DNA of 64,000 bases, taken from an uncultured Gammaproteobacteria bacterium. GTDB lineage: Bacteria; Patescibacteriota; Microgenomatia; Levybacterales; GWA1-39-11. The stretch lies in NCBI GenBank assembly GCA_964427615.1, contig CAYRUR010000001.1, positions 219,241 through 283,240 on the forward strand, read 5' to 3'. Shown one piece after another: positions 1 to 8,745 of this stretch. A model generated the notes under the pieces. The model was not told the DNA's origin and ran no database searches. It saw only the letters and a program-made list of their open reading frames with translations. The translations under genes were made by a program, and so were the position numbers. How positions within the stretch are numbered: the stretch's first letter is position 1; each line of letters starts with the position of its first letter.

Positions 1-2174
1 GCGGACTTGGTAAGGAGATTGGCATACGTGGCTGGTATGATACTATCTTGTATTCCAGCAACAGCTTCTGAGAAAGCATCTCCATTTTGATTAACCGGGT
101 TGCTGGAAGAAGGAAGTGATTGATTATTTGGTAAAGTATTTTCCTCGATAAACTCATCTTGGTACTCTGAATTATCACTTGGTGGAGGTGTAGAGTCATC
201 GGATCCTGTTGAATTTTCAGTTTGTGGAGGGGTGGAATCATCTGAGTCTGCTGAATCTGATTGTGTATCCAAGTGCTCATCTGAAGATGCAGAGGTGTCT
301 TGCTCTGTTCTTGCTGTGGTTCCACCAGTTGCTTGATTTGCCCCAGAAGTAGATTTTGTATCCTTTTGTTTATGTTGGCCAGGTGTTACTACATCGCCGA
401 CCAAACTGCCAAATACATTGATAACCGTTACTACTAGTTTGCCGCTTCCAACGATATTATTGTTTACGAAATTAACAAGGTTGGCAATAATGCGAGCATC
501 TCCGGTTGTAATACTTGAATTTCCTCCTGTGTTAAAGCTGGCATCATTTCCGCCAGTGTTTGCAGATAGATTCAAATTATTTTGAATTTGTGCGTTATTA
601 GATTGAGAAGTAGAATTATTATTTTCTTGACTGCTACTGGCAGTATTAGTAGAGCCTGCGCCATTGGAGTTGTTAGAGGCTGTTATAGAACCGTCTGCTC
701 CAACACTTACTTCTGTACCAGGGGAAGCTGCATAATTGGCTCCTTCTGGTGCTCCTAAGATTTTACCCACCCACTTACCTGCCTCATTTACAATTACTAG
801 CCACCATGTTCCACCATTTACATTTGAGTTTGCAATATTTAGTACATTTGCGGATACTTCTGTATCTCCTGTATTAACAGTGGAGTTGCCATCGGTATTG
901 TAGCTAGTAGTATTGTTGCCGGTAGTTGCATCCAGAATAAGGTTGTTATCAATGTCAGCTGTATTAAATTGATCAGTTGTAGTGGTGGTGGTTTGATTGC
1001 TGTTGGCAGTATTAGTAGAGCCAGCTCCATTATTGGTGTTGGAGGCCGCTGTGTTATTACAGGTGCTGCAAGCGTTATTAATAGCAGACTCTGGAATAAT
1101 AATATCTCCCACTAGGTTACCAAAAATATTGACCACCCCAAACACTACATTTCCTGAAATATTATTATTTACAAAGGTGAGCGCATTGGCAGCAACATTT
1201 GCATCACCGGTAGTAATACTTGAGTCACCATTTGTGTTGTAACTGGCTTTATTATTTCCAGAATCAGCACTTAAGGTAAGGTCGCTTCCAATAATGGCAT
1301 CATTGGTTTGGAAAGTATTCGTATTAGTGGTATTGTTGGTTTCAGCTGTGTTATCAGAAAATGCACCATTTCCAGAATTTTGAGTGCCAACTGTTGTTCC
1401 ATTACAACCTGAAATGCAGTTTGCGTTGAAATCTAAGACAATATCTCCATTATGGTCGTCGGTGATATTAAATTCAGAAATTGCAACACCAGAGACATTG
1501 GTATTTACAGCAGTTATAGCAGTTCCTGAAGTATTTGCATCACCACTGGTAACTGTTGCTGAACTGCCAGTATTAAAGGAGGCAGAATTATCTCCAGTTA
1601 CTGTCGCTTGGTTTAGGTCACTCTGTACATTGGCATCATTATTTTGTTCTGTGTCGGTATTGTTAGTAGTATTAGTTGATCCATGATTTTCAGAAAAAGC
1701 TCCATTGTCTTTATTAGTTACGGTTTGTTCTGATCCAGCATTATTATTAGGTTTTGCAGCAGCATTTGTATTACCAGTAGTAATGGTGGTGGCGCTGTTG
1801 TTGGCATCACCACTTGTAACATTTGCATTTCCTTCTTGTGTATTTGTCTGAGCATCTGGTGTTGGGTTTTGTTGTGCTGTTGGTTGGGTGAGTGCAGAAG
1901 AAGTATCAGTATTTGGTGTGTTATCAGTATCAGTAGAAGATTGAGTAGTAGATGTTGGGTTGTTTTCTGAGGTTGGTGTAGGGGTTGTAGGAGCAGAAGA
2001 GTCAGGGGTAGGACTGCTGGGAGCAGTGGGGGCTACTGGAGGTGTTGGAATAGATAGTTCTTGAGCGCTGATAGGTACAATACTTACTTGAGCAAAAAGA
2101 AGGAGTATAGTGAGAGCAAGAGCTACTGTTTGTTTTATTTTTTTAAGTTGTAGTTTTGGTGTCAATTGTTTCAT
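1..2174 (-). CDS. Secreted Asn/Thr/Gly/Asp-rich tandem-repeat surface protein, N-terminal part only; the C-terminus lies beyond the left window edge
   Basis: ATG (complement of 2172-2174) begins a minus-strand frame that I read by eye for >720 codons to position 1 with no stop noticed, so it runs off the window. The N-terminus MKQLTPKLQLKKIKQTVALALTILLLFAQVSIVPISAQ is signal-peptide-like. Repeats of about 90 aa carry the motifs NGAFSDN, (F/Y)NT.G.S.ITTGDAN and VNNNI.G...V.NIFG.LVGD. The ORF track shows only short antisense ORFs here. Confidence 0.62.
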   Translation of the reverse strand, partial: MKQLTPKLQLKKIKQTVALALTILLLFAQVSIVPISAQELSIPTPPVAPTAPSSPTPDSSAPTTPTPTSENNPTSTTQSSTDTDNTPNTDTSSALTQPTAQQNPTPDAQTNTQEGNANVTSGDANNSATTITTGNTNAAAKPNNNAGSEQTVTNKDNGAFSENHGSTNTTNNTDTEQNNDANVQSDLNQATVTGDNSASFNTGSSATVTSGDANTSGTAITAVNTNVSGVAISEFNITDDHNGDIVLDFNANCISGCNGTTVGTQNSGNGAFSDNTAETNNTTNTNTFQTNDAIIGSDLTLSADSGNNKASYNTNGDSSITTGDANVAANALTFVNNNISGNVVFGVVNIFGNLVGDIIIPESAINNACSTCNNTAASNTNNGAGSTNTANSNQTTTTTTDQFNTADIDNNLILDATTGNNTTSYNTDGNSTVNTGDTEVSANVLNIANSNVNGGTWWLVIVNEAGKWVGKILGAPEGANYAASPGTEVSVGADGSITASNNSNGAGSTNTASSSQENNNSTSQSNNAQIQNNLNLSANTGGNDASFNTGGNSSITTGDARIIANLVNFVNNNIVGSGKLVVTVINVFGSLVGDVVTPGQHKQKDTKSTSGANQATGGTTARTEQDTSASSDEHLDTQSDSADSDDSTPPQTENSTGSDDSTPPPSDNSEYQDEFIEENTLPNNQSLPSSSNPVNQNGDAFSEAVAGIQDSIIPATYANLLTKS

Positions 2175-2282
2175 ATATGTTTTGTATTATTTAGAATAAG
2201 TTCTTTTTTATTTTTTTGTGGGTGTTGTAGGGTAGATTATCGAAGTGCCAACAATCATACCCTACTTTTTTCCCACTTTTGT

Positions 2283-3503
2283 CTATACAAACAGCTTGAG
2301 ATGATCCAAAAGATCTTCTATATCGAAAGAAAACCCAATATGGTTATCTTTCAAGAAATCAAATGGATTATCTTCTCCAATGATGTTTGCGTTTGCAGTA
2401 TTCTGAATGCGAATACGTGAGTCTGCGTCACCGGTTTCAATTTCAGTGTCGCCTCTTGTATTGAAGCCTGCAAAGTTATCCCCAGTTTCTAGGTCTCTTA
2501 CATCGATGTCATTATCCAAGTCAGCATCGTTGTCCTGATCTAAATCAGTGGTATCATCGAGTGTAAGGTCAATAACGTTGAGAGACTCTGCTCCGTTGTC
2601 ATCAATCTTTGCTAAAGCATCAAATGCACATCCGCAGTCAACGTCTGCATGGTTAAAGTTGACCAAGTTATCAACTATGACCTCTGCATTTGCATCACCA
2701 GTTTCAATTTCAACATCGCCTCTTGTATTGAAGCTAGCTGTGTTGTCGCCAGTTTCTGCATCTACATCAACGTCATTGTCGATATCTGCATCATTATCTT
2801 GGTCTATCTCAGTATCTTGATCGAGATCAGCAGTGATGAAATTATCACTGAAGGCTCCATTATCAAGAATTTTTGCGCTGAAAGATCCGGATGAACGGTT
2901 ATGACCGTTTCCTATAGATGCACTGTTGGCATTGGCTATAGTGCGTAAGTTGACTTTTGTATTAGCATCACCAGTCTGGATGCTTACATCTCCCCGTGTG
3001 TTGAAGTCAGCGGTATTATTTCCCGTGTCTGCATCTACGTCAATGTCGTTGTCTACATCTGCATCATTGTCCTGATCTATGTCGATAGTGTTGTCATTCT
3101 CTATATCTACAACATTGTCTGAAAATGCTCCATTATCCTCAATGAGGACACTGCTGCCTTCTGACTTACAACAGTCAACCTTTGCTTTATTACTGTTTAG
3201 TACATTTTGTACATTAACAGAGGTGTTAGCATCTCCTGTCTTGATCTCTACATCTCCTCCGGTGTTAAAGCTGGCGCTATTGTTTCCTGTATTCGCATCG
3301 ACATCAATATTGTTATCTACATCGGCATCGTTGTTTTGCCGTATGGTAGTATCACTTGATTGGTTTATTGTTGCGAAGTTATCAGAAAATGCGCCATTTC
3401 CAGAAATCTCAGTGGTTGTACTTGCGAGTGCTGGGGCGCCCATAGAAAGTATGACTGCCCCTGCTGTCATTGCTGAAAAAAGTTGTTTTTTAAGATTTGT
3501 CAT
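2283..3503 (-). CDS. Secreted Asp/Asn-rich protein with four repeats of about 88 aa, paralog of the upstream repeat protein
   Basis: ORF 2283..3542. The internal ATG at 3503 is preceded by GGAGGTG (spacer about 11 nt) and followed by MTNLKKQLFSAMTAGAVILSMGAPALAS (signal peptide). There are four repeats NGAFSDN...DQDNDADVDNDIDVDA.TGNN.A.FNTRGDVEI.TGDAN. No LPXTG is present. Confidence 0.75.
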   Translation of the reverse strand: MTNLKKQLFSAMTAGAVILSMGAPALASTTTEISGNGAFSDNFATINQSSDTTIRQNNDADVDNNIDVDANTGNNSASFNTGGDVEIKTGDANTSVNVQNVLNSNKAKVDCCKSEGSSVLIEDNGAFSDNVVDIENDNTIDIDQDNDADVDNDIDVDADTGNNTADFNTRGDVSIQTGDANTKVNLRTIANANSASIGNGHNRSSGSFSAKILDNGAFSDNFITADLDQDTEIDQDNDADIDNDVDVDAETGDNTASFNTRGDVEIETGDANAEVIVDNLVNFNHADVDCGCAFDALAKIDDNGAESLNVIDLTLDDTTDLDQDNDADLDNDIDVRDLETGDNFAGFNTRGDTEIETGDADSRIRIQNTANANIIGEDNPFDFLKDNHIGFSFDIEDLLDHLKLFV

Positions 3504-3620
3504 ATGTTTAGTTTCACCTCCCTTCTTTTTCCTTTGATACAAATCAAAGTGTAATTTTTGTGCTAAAAGTTTTGCTTAACACAAGCACTTCTTTTTTTAC
3601 CGCTTTTGTTTCGTTATGTA

Positions 3621-3682
3621 TTCCGAAAACAAAAAACGGAGGCTTCTCAATCCAACTAGTGTTAGGTTGAAAAGCCTCCGTT
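3621..3682 (-). terminator. Intrinsic terminator: a 16-bp inverted repeat (one mismatch) with a 16-nt loop and a U-tract on the minus strand
   Basis: AACGGAGGCTTCTCAA (3635-3650) pairs with TTGAAAAGCCTCCGTT (3667-3682). The plus-strand A-run 3627-3636 reads as a U-run 3' of the hairpin on the minus strand. It lies downstream of the minus-strand gene 3986-4552. Confidence 0.6.
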
Positions 3683-3985
3683 CTCGGTAGGTTAATTACT
3701 TAATGTAGGGTTCTCTCGGCAGAAAGAATTAGTGACTTCCTTTTGAAAAATAGGTAGTTAATATATACAAACAGACTCTTTTATTGTCAATATACCTAGA
3801 CAGTATCTTACTTTTTTCTTACTCCTATCAGTGTTTATTTTTAAGCTGTATTGAAATTTCTTTTGAGCTGGATTTTGGTAGGAGGGAAGATAAAGATCAT
3901 TTTTTATTTGTTCTTTATAAGAGCAACTACTGTTATGGTTGTGGTTCTTTTGATTGTAGTTTTTTACAGAGAAAGTATCCATTAC

Positions 3986-4552
3986 TTATTTAAAGTTAAG
4001 TTGTATTTTTTGTTTGTTTCCGTTGATTTCTCCTATCTGTAAGACAAAGTGAGTATCAGTAATATTTACGGGAAAACCTACTCGAGTGTATTTTGTGGAA
4101 ATTGCCTGTACTTCTACAGGATCATTGTGTATTTCAGGGGCAAGCCATTCGGTCTCATTGTTATTTATTGCTAGCCTGATATAGTCTCTGCTATTAATTT
4201 GCAAGCCTTGGTCTAAGCTATTTATCATTTTGATATTAATAATCAGAAATTGTCTTCCGGCAGCAGCAGTTGCTTTTTGTCCTTTGACGATAATTTCATC
4301 CCTTAGTTCTGCGCTCTGAATAGTATAAGAAAAGGTTGCTATGTCCTCTCCGTCATTATTTTTTAAAGGAAAATTAAATGTTTTGTCGATTTTTTGAGTA
4401 GAAAGGGGTTTGCTGGTTGCAGCAGTAGTATTATTACCAGTTATTGGTAAAGAAGAAAGAGGGAAAAAAACTTGCAAAATCAAAAAGATGAAGATAGCAA
4501 CAAAAATGATGGGAAGAGTTATTTTAATTGTTTTTTTTGTATTGAAACTCAT
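3986..4552 (-). CDS. Membrane-anchored DUF4352-like (beta-sandwich) protein
   Basis: ORF 3986..4612. The likely start is the internal M (MSFNTKKTIKITLPIIFVAIFIFLILQVFF), an N-terminal TM anchor. The Thr/Ala-rich linker and the C-terminal domain resemble DUF4352 by eye. Confidence 0.45.
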   Translation of the reverse strand: MSFNTKKTIKITLPIIFVAIFIFLILQVFFPLSSLPITGNNTTAATSKPLSTQKIDKTFNFPLKNNDGEDIATFSYTIQSAELRDEIIVKGQKATAAAGRQFLIINIKMINSLDQGLQINSRDYIRLAINNNETEWLAPEIHNDPVEVQAISTKYTRVGFPVNITDTHFVLQIGEINGNKQKIQLNFK

Positions 4553-4831
4553 ATATGCTTTGTTGTTTTTAGTAAAAAAATAGCCGCTCCCTAGGATGGG
4601 TGCGGCAACCATTTATGCTTTTGATAGTAGCAAATAAAGAAAATAAATGTCAATAGAATTTTGTATTCTTTACCATTTTCTTACGAAGAGTAAAAGGTTA
4701 TCTTCTGTCTTTACTTTTACATGAGAAAAGAGCTGTTTACTATAGCAGGTGTTATTTGATGAGGAGTATACTTATAGTAATGTATGTGCTGATTTTTTCT
4801 CTTTTATTCCAGAAAGAAAAAGTATCTTTCC

Positions 4832-4861
4832 TTGACTTGCCTTCCTTTCTTCTGGTAGAAT
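4832..4861 (+). promoter_or_regulatory. Sigma-70-like promoter TTGACT-N18-TAGAAT upstream of nusA
   Basis: TTGACT 4832-4837 and TAGAAT 4856-4861. The same -10 hexamer occurs in the rpoB promoter. Confidence 0.5.
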
Positions 4862-4895
4862 AGGGAAGAAATTTAGGGATAGATAGAAAGTGTTT

Positions 4896-4929
4896 GGTGG
4901 GAGCAAGTTGTCAACCCACCTTATTTTTT
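4896..4929 (+). promoter_or_regulatory. Leader hairpin (GGTGGG/CCCACC stem, 13-nt loop) plus U-tract between the nusA promoter and the nusA start; putative attenuator
   Basis: GGTGGG 4896-4901 pairs with CCCACC 4915-4920, followed by TTATTTTTTA 4921-4930. Confidence 0.4.
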
Positions 4930-4953
4930 ACATATCCATCAAATACGAATATT

Positions 4954-5964
4954 ATGGCAGTTGTACAAAGAAGCGAATTTACATTAGCATTAAATCAGAT
5001 TGCCTCTGAGCGAGGGGTAGATCCTGAAGTGGTGTTGGACACCATGAAGAATGCAATTCTTGCTGCATATAGAAAAGATCATCCTATTGAAGAAGAGGAA
5101 GAAGAAAAATATGCAGTAGATCTCAACGAAGGTACAGGAGAGACTCGAATTCTTAAAGATGGAGAAGATGTAACACCTCCTGGATTTGGTCGTATTGCTA
5201 CTCAAACTGCAAAACAAGTCCTCTTGCAAAAAATTAGAGAAAAAGAAAAAGATGCAATCCTTGAGGAATATGAAAAAAGAGTTGGTACTGTCGTAAATGG
5301 TATGGTTTTGCGATTCCAGGGTCCTTTGATCATTGTGGATATTGGTAAAACTGAAGCAATTATGCCTCCTCAGCAAAAAATACACAATGAACAATACTAT
5401 CTAAATAAAAAAATTCCGGTATATATTGTTGAAATTACAGATGAGAAAAAGCGAGAAATTATTGTTTCCCGCAATCATCCAGGACTTATCGAAGGCCTTC
5501 TAAAAAGAGAAGTCCCAGAGGTTGCATCAGGCAATGTAACTATTAAGAAGATTGTCAGAGAAGCTGGAAGTAGAGCTAAAGTAGCAGTGTATTCAGAGCA
5601 ATCTGGTATTGATCCAGTAGGTAGCTGTGTGGGACAAAAAGGAGTACGTATTCAAGCAGTGATTGATGCGCTTGATGGTCTCGAAAAAATTGATGTTATT
5701 CAATGGAATCCTGATATTACTAGATTTATTGCAAATGCCCTTTCTCCAGCTAAGGATATTACCGTAAGTGTTAATCAAGACGAAAAGTTGGCAAAAGTAA
5801 AAGCTTCAAAAGAAGAGTTGCCATTGGTGATTGGTAGAGAAGGACAAAATGTAAGACTTGCTTCAAAATTAGTAGGCTATAACATTGAAGTTGAAGGGTA
5901 TGAAACTGATCCTGAACCTGTTCAGGAAACTGAAGCCGTTGAAGTTAACCAGGAAAAGGAGTAA
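4954..5964 (+). CDS. nusA: Transcription termination/antitermination factor NusA
   Basis: ORF 4894..5964 (TTG). The probable ATG start is at MAVVQRSEFTLALNQIASERGVDPEVV (NusA N-terminal domain). S1 and KH regions follow (VIGREGQNVRLASKL). Confidence 0.85.
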   Translation: MAVVQRSEFTLALNQIASERGVDPEVVLDTMKNAILAAYRKDHPIEEEEEEKYAVDLNEGTGETRILKDGEDVTPPGFGRIATQTAKQVLLQKIREKEKDAILEEYEKRVGTVVNGMVLRFQGPLIIVDIGKTEAIMPPQQKIHNEQYYLNKKIPVYIVEITDEKKREIIVSRNHPGLIEGLLKREVPEVASGNVTIKKIVREAGSRAKVAVYSEQSGIDPVGSCVGQKGVRIQAVIDALDGLEKIDVIQWNPDITRFIANALSPAKDITVSVNQDEKLAKVKASKEELPLVIGREGQNVRLASKLVGYNIEVEGYETDPEPVQETEAVEVNQEKE

Positions 5965-5999
5965 TACTATATGGAACAGATAGTATCTTATAGACTTTT

Positions 6000-7463
6000 A
6001 TGCCAGAACAAGAGATTACAACACAACTCTATCCACCTGTTGTCTCAGTCCTAGGTCATGTAGACCATGGGAAAACCTCCTTACTTGATAAAATCAGAAA
6101 AACTCATGTTACAGAACGAGAAAGCGGTGGAATTACCCAAAGCATTGGTGCTTCCCAAATTACCATAGATCATGAAGGCAAAAAAAGAACGATTACCTTT
6201 GTGGATACACCTGGACATTTGGCATTTGCCAATATGCGTTCTCAAGGGGTGAGTGCCTCAGATATTGTGCTTTTGGTAGTAGCAGCAGATGATGGGGTTA
6301 TGCCTCAGACAATCGAGTCTATCGAAAAAATCCAGGAATCCAACCTTCCCTATATTGTAGTTATTACCAAAATAGATGCAGAAGGAGCACAGGTAGAACG
6401 GGTAAAACAACAACTGCTTTCACGAGGTGTTTTGTTGGAAGGACTGGGAGGCTCTGTGCCTTTTATTGGTGTTTCATCCAAGACTGGACAAAATATCCAA
6501 GAGTTACTTGATTTAATAGTGCTTATCTATGATCTCTCGGCTGTAAATAAAGACAAAAACGCAGATTTTTTGGGAGTGGCCATTGAATCCAAAATTGATC
6601 CAAGACGTGGTCCTATCGCCTCAATTGTAGTCAAACAAGGAACTCTGAAAGTACGAGACATGGTTTATATTCAAGGCAAAGAGGTAGGTAAAGTGAGAGC
6701 CTTATTTGATACCCAAGCAAAAGGGGTAAAAGAGGCATATCCAGGTGATGCAGTAGAAATTTTAGGACTTTCAGAAGTATTGCCTATGGGAGATCTTGTC
6801 TATACGCGTCCAGTAGATACGCATCCACAAGTGGTAGAACAAGCGCTTATGCCTAAAAGACCCTCTTCTTTAGCTGAGTTTTTTGGTGAAGAGGAAGCAC
6901 GCTTGCTTTCGGTAGTTATTAGAACACAGACCAGTGGAGAACTTGAAGCAATTAAATCTTCCTTGCCTGAGGATGTAAAAGTAGTATTTGAAGGACAAGG
7001 AGATATTACAGTTTCAGATACTATGCTTGCTAAAGATTTTCAGGCTATTGTGCTTGGTTTTCATGTAGGTATTACCAAAGATGCTAAAGCTTTTGCTGAG
7101 ACAGAAAACGTTTTTTATAAAACCTACTCCATTATTTATGAATTATTAGATGAGGTAAATGATGTGCTGCTTGCGATGAAAGAAGAACCTGAGGTAAAGA
7201 TTTTAGGTAAGGCTAGTATTTTAGCTAGCTTTCCCTCTGATGAGGGTAGAATTATTGGTGCTCGAGTCATCGAAGGCAGAATTGCTTTAAATGATACCGT
7301 CACCATTACTCGTGAAGATGCAGAAATTGGTACAGCAAAAATTGTGATGTTGAAAAAAGGGAAAAACCCAGTAAAGGAAGTAGGCAAAGGTTCAGAATGC
7401 GGTATTTCGATTGATCCTTTTGTTGACTTTTCAGTAGGCGATATGCTATTATCCCATAGGTAA
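6000..7463 (+). CDS. infB: Translation initiation factor IF-2, compact 487-aa form lacking long N-terminal domains
   Basis: G-domain VVSVLGHVDHGKTSLLD and DTPGH motifs; IF-2 C-terminal beta-barrel region. Confidence 0.88.
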   Translation: MPEQEITTQLYPPVVSVLGHVDHGKTSLLDKIRKTHVTERESGGITQSIGASQITIDHEGKKRTITFVDTPGHLAFANMRSQGVSASDIVLLVVAADDGVMPQTIESIEKIQESNLPYIVVITKIDAEGAQVERVKQQLLSRGVLLEGLGGSVPFIGVSSKTGQNIQELLDLIVLIYDLSAVNKDKNADFLGVAIESKIDPRRGPIASIVVKQGTLKVRDMVYIQGKEVGKVRALFDTQAKGVKEAYPGDAVEILGLSEVLPMGDLVYTRPVDTHPQVVEQALMPKRPSSLAEFFGEEEARLLSVVIRTQTSGELEAIKSSLPEDVKVVFEGQGDITVSDTMLAKDFQAIVLGFHVGITKDAKAFAETENVFYKTYSIIYELLDEVNDVLLAMKEEPEVKILGKASILASFPSDEGRIIGARVIEGRIALNDTVTITREDAEIGTAKIVMLKKGKNPVKEVGKGSECGISIDPFVDFSVGDMLLSHR

Positions 7464-7478
7464 ATATTAGAGGGTAAT

Positions 7479-8405
7479 ATGGAAAATTCATTGTTTACGT
7501 CCAACAGACCTACGTTTGAAAAGCTGCTTTCAGCTGCAACAAGTATTGGGGTTGTGGTAGATCAATCTCACACTCTTGATATGATGGCAGCAGGCCTCTC
7601 ACTGTTTCTCTCACTGCAGTCTGCAGGCAAAAATGTGCAAATCATATCTAAAAAAGAACCCACAGTTGAGATCTCAAATTTGGTAGGCATCAATAAAGTA
7701 AAAAGCCAATTTGAAGGTAAAGCCAAAACCTTAACTATTGCACTCCCTTATAAAGAAGGAGAGATAGAAAAAGTCTCTTACAACATTGAGGGAGAAAAAT
7801 TAAATATTAACCTTTTTGCTATGCCCGATGCTTCTATTTCTTTTGCTGAATCTGATGTGCAGTATATAAGAAAAGGATCAGCTCCTGACCTTATTATTGC
7901 CGTGGGAGTTCCTCGACTGGAGTTTTTACAAAATATTGTGCAAATAAATGAAGATACAAAAATTGTTACTATTGGGACTAAGCAATTCAATAACCCGTAT
8001 GGAGATATCATGTATGTGAATAGTAACTTCTCTTCATTTTCTGAGATTGTGTGTGAGATGCTTAAATCTGTATCTTTGCCTATGGATGTAGATGTGGCTC
8101 AAAATTTGCTAGATGGGATTAGTTTTGCTACTAAGAATTTTTCTATTCCTCAAACTAGTGTGTTCGCTTTTGATGCTGCTGCAGTGCTTATGAGCCAAGG
8201 TGCAAGAAGAAAAGTTGAAAGACAGCCTCGAGAAGTAGCTTTTAGTCCAGAACCAAAAGAGCCAAAAAACGTGCAACCTGTACCAGTACAGCCAAAAGAA
8301 GAAGAAAAAGAAGAGGAAGTAACTATTACAGAAAAAAAAGAACAGAAAAAAATTCCTCATGATTGGTTTGTACCGAAAGTGTACAAAGGATCAAAGGACC
8401 AGTAG
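7479..8405 (+). CDS. DHH-family (NrnA-like) protein with degenerate catalytic motifs and a Glu/Lys-rich tail
   Basis: By-eye homology to B. subtilis NrnA. YVNSNFSSFSEIVCEML matches WVDTSASSVSEMIYELY, and LLDGISFATKNFSIPQTS matches IYAGIVGDTGRFLFPNTT. The DHH motif position reads KQF and the DxD motif is altered. No DHHA1 domain is present. Confidence 0.45.
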   Translation: MENSLFTSNRPTFEKLLSAATSIGVVVDQSHTLDMMAAGLSLFLSLQSAGKNVQIISKKEPTVEISNLVGINKVKSQFEGKAKTLTIALPYKEGEIEKVSYNIEGEKLNINLFAMPDASISFAESDVQYIRKGSAPDLIIAVGVPRLEFLQNIVQINEDTKIVTIGTKQFNNPYGDIMYVNSNFSSFSEIVCEMLKSVSLPMDVDVAQNLLDGISFATKNFSIPQTSVFAFDAAAVLMSQGARRKVERQPREVAFSPEPKEPKNVQPVPVQPKEEEKEEEVTITEKKEQKKIPHDWFVPKVYKGSKDQ

Positions 8406-8472
8406 ACTGAAAAAAGGAAATAGAAAAGCTCCTCGTTGAAAAATGATTGAGGTTTTGATAAAATAACACTCT

Positions 8473-8745
8473 ATGCCGCTTACGACAGAAGAAAAAAAAC
8501 AAATTATAGAACAAAATGCAGTTGCCAAAGGAGACACTGGCAGTCCTGAAGTACAGATTGCACTCCTTTCTAATAAAATAGAAAAATTGACTGATCACTT
8601 AAAGATCCACCAAAAAGATTCACACTCTCGCAGAGGTCTTTTGAATATGCTTTCCAAAAGAAGAAGGCTCTATAGCTTTTTAGTGAAAGTTGACCCAAAT
8701 AGAGCAAAGGAAATAGCAGGGAAAGTAGGAATGAGAACAGCATGA
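8473..8745 (+). CDS. rpsO: 30S ribosomal protein S15
   Basis: MPLTTEEKKQIIE...LTDHLKIHQKDSHSRRGLL is a typical S15 sequence. Confidence 0.92.
   Translation: MPLTTEEKKQIIEQNAVAKGDTGSPEVQIALLSNKIEKLTDHLKIHQKDSHSRRGLLNMLSKRRRLYSFLVKVDPNRAKEIAGKVGMRTA

Noticed and set aside
839-1686. ORFs 839..1030(-), 997..1242(+) and 1384..1686(+) inside the left repeat-protein gene
   Set aside because: Out of frame or antisense to the long minus-strand repeat ORF. Their low-complexity translations mirror the repeat protein's codon bias.
2227-2265. Hairpin GTAGGGTA...TACCCTAC followed by T6 between the two repeat-protein genes
   Set aside because: The T-tract is on the plus strand while both flanking genes are on the minus strand. 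So it is not a canonical terminator for them. Kept only as an inverted repeat.
2548-3537. Plus-strand ORFs 2548..2820, 2649..2894 and 3079..3537
   Set aside because: Antisense to the well-supported repeat-protein gene 2283..3503 (signal peptide, RBS, repeats).
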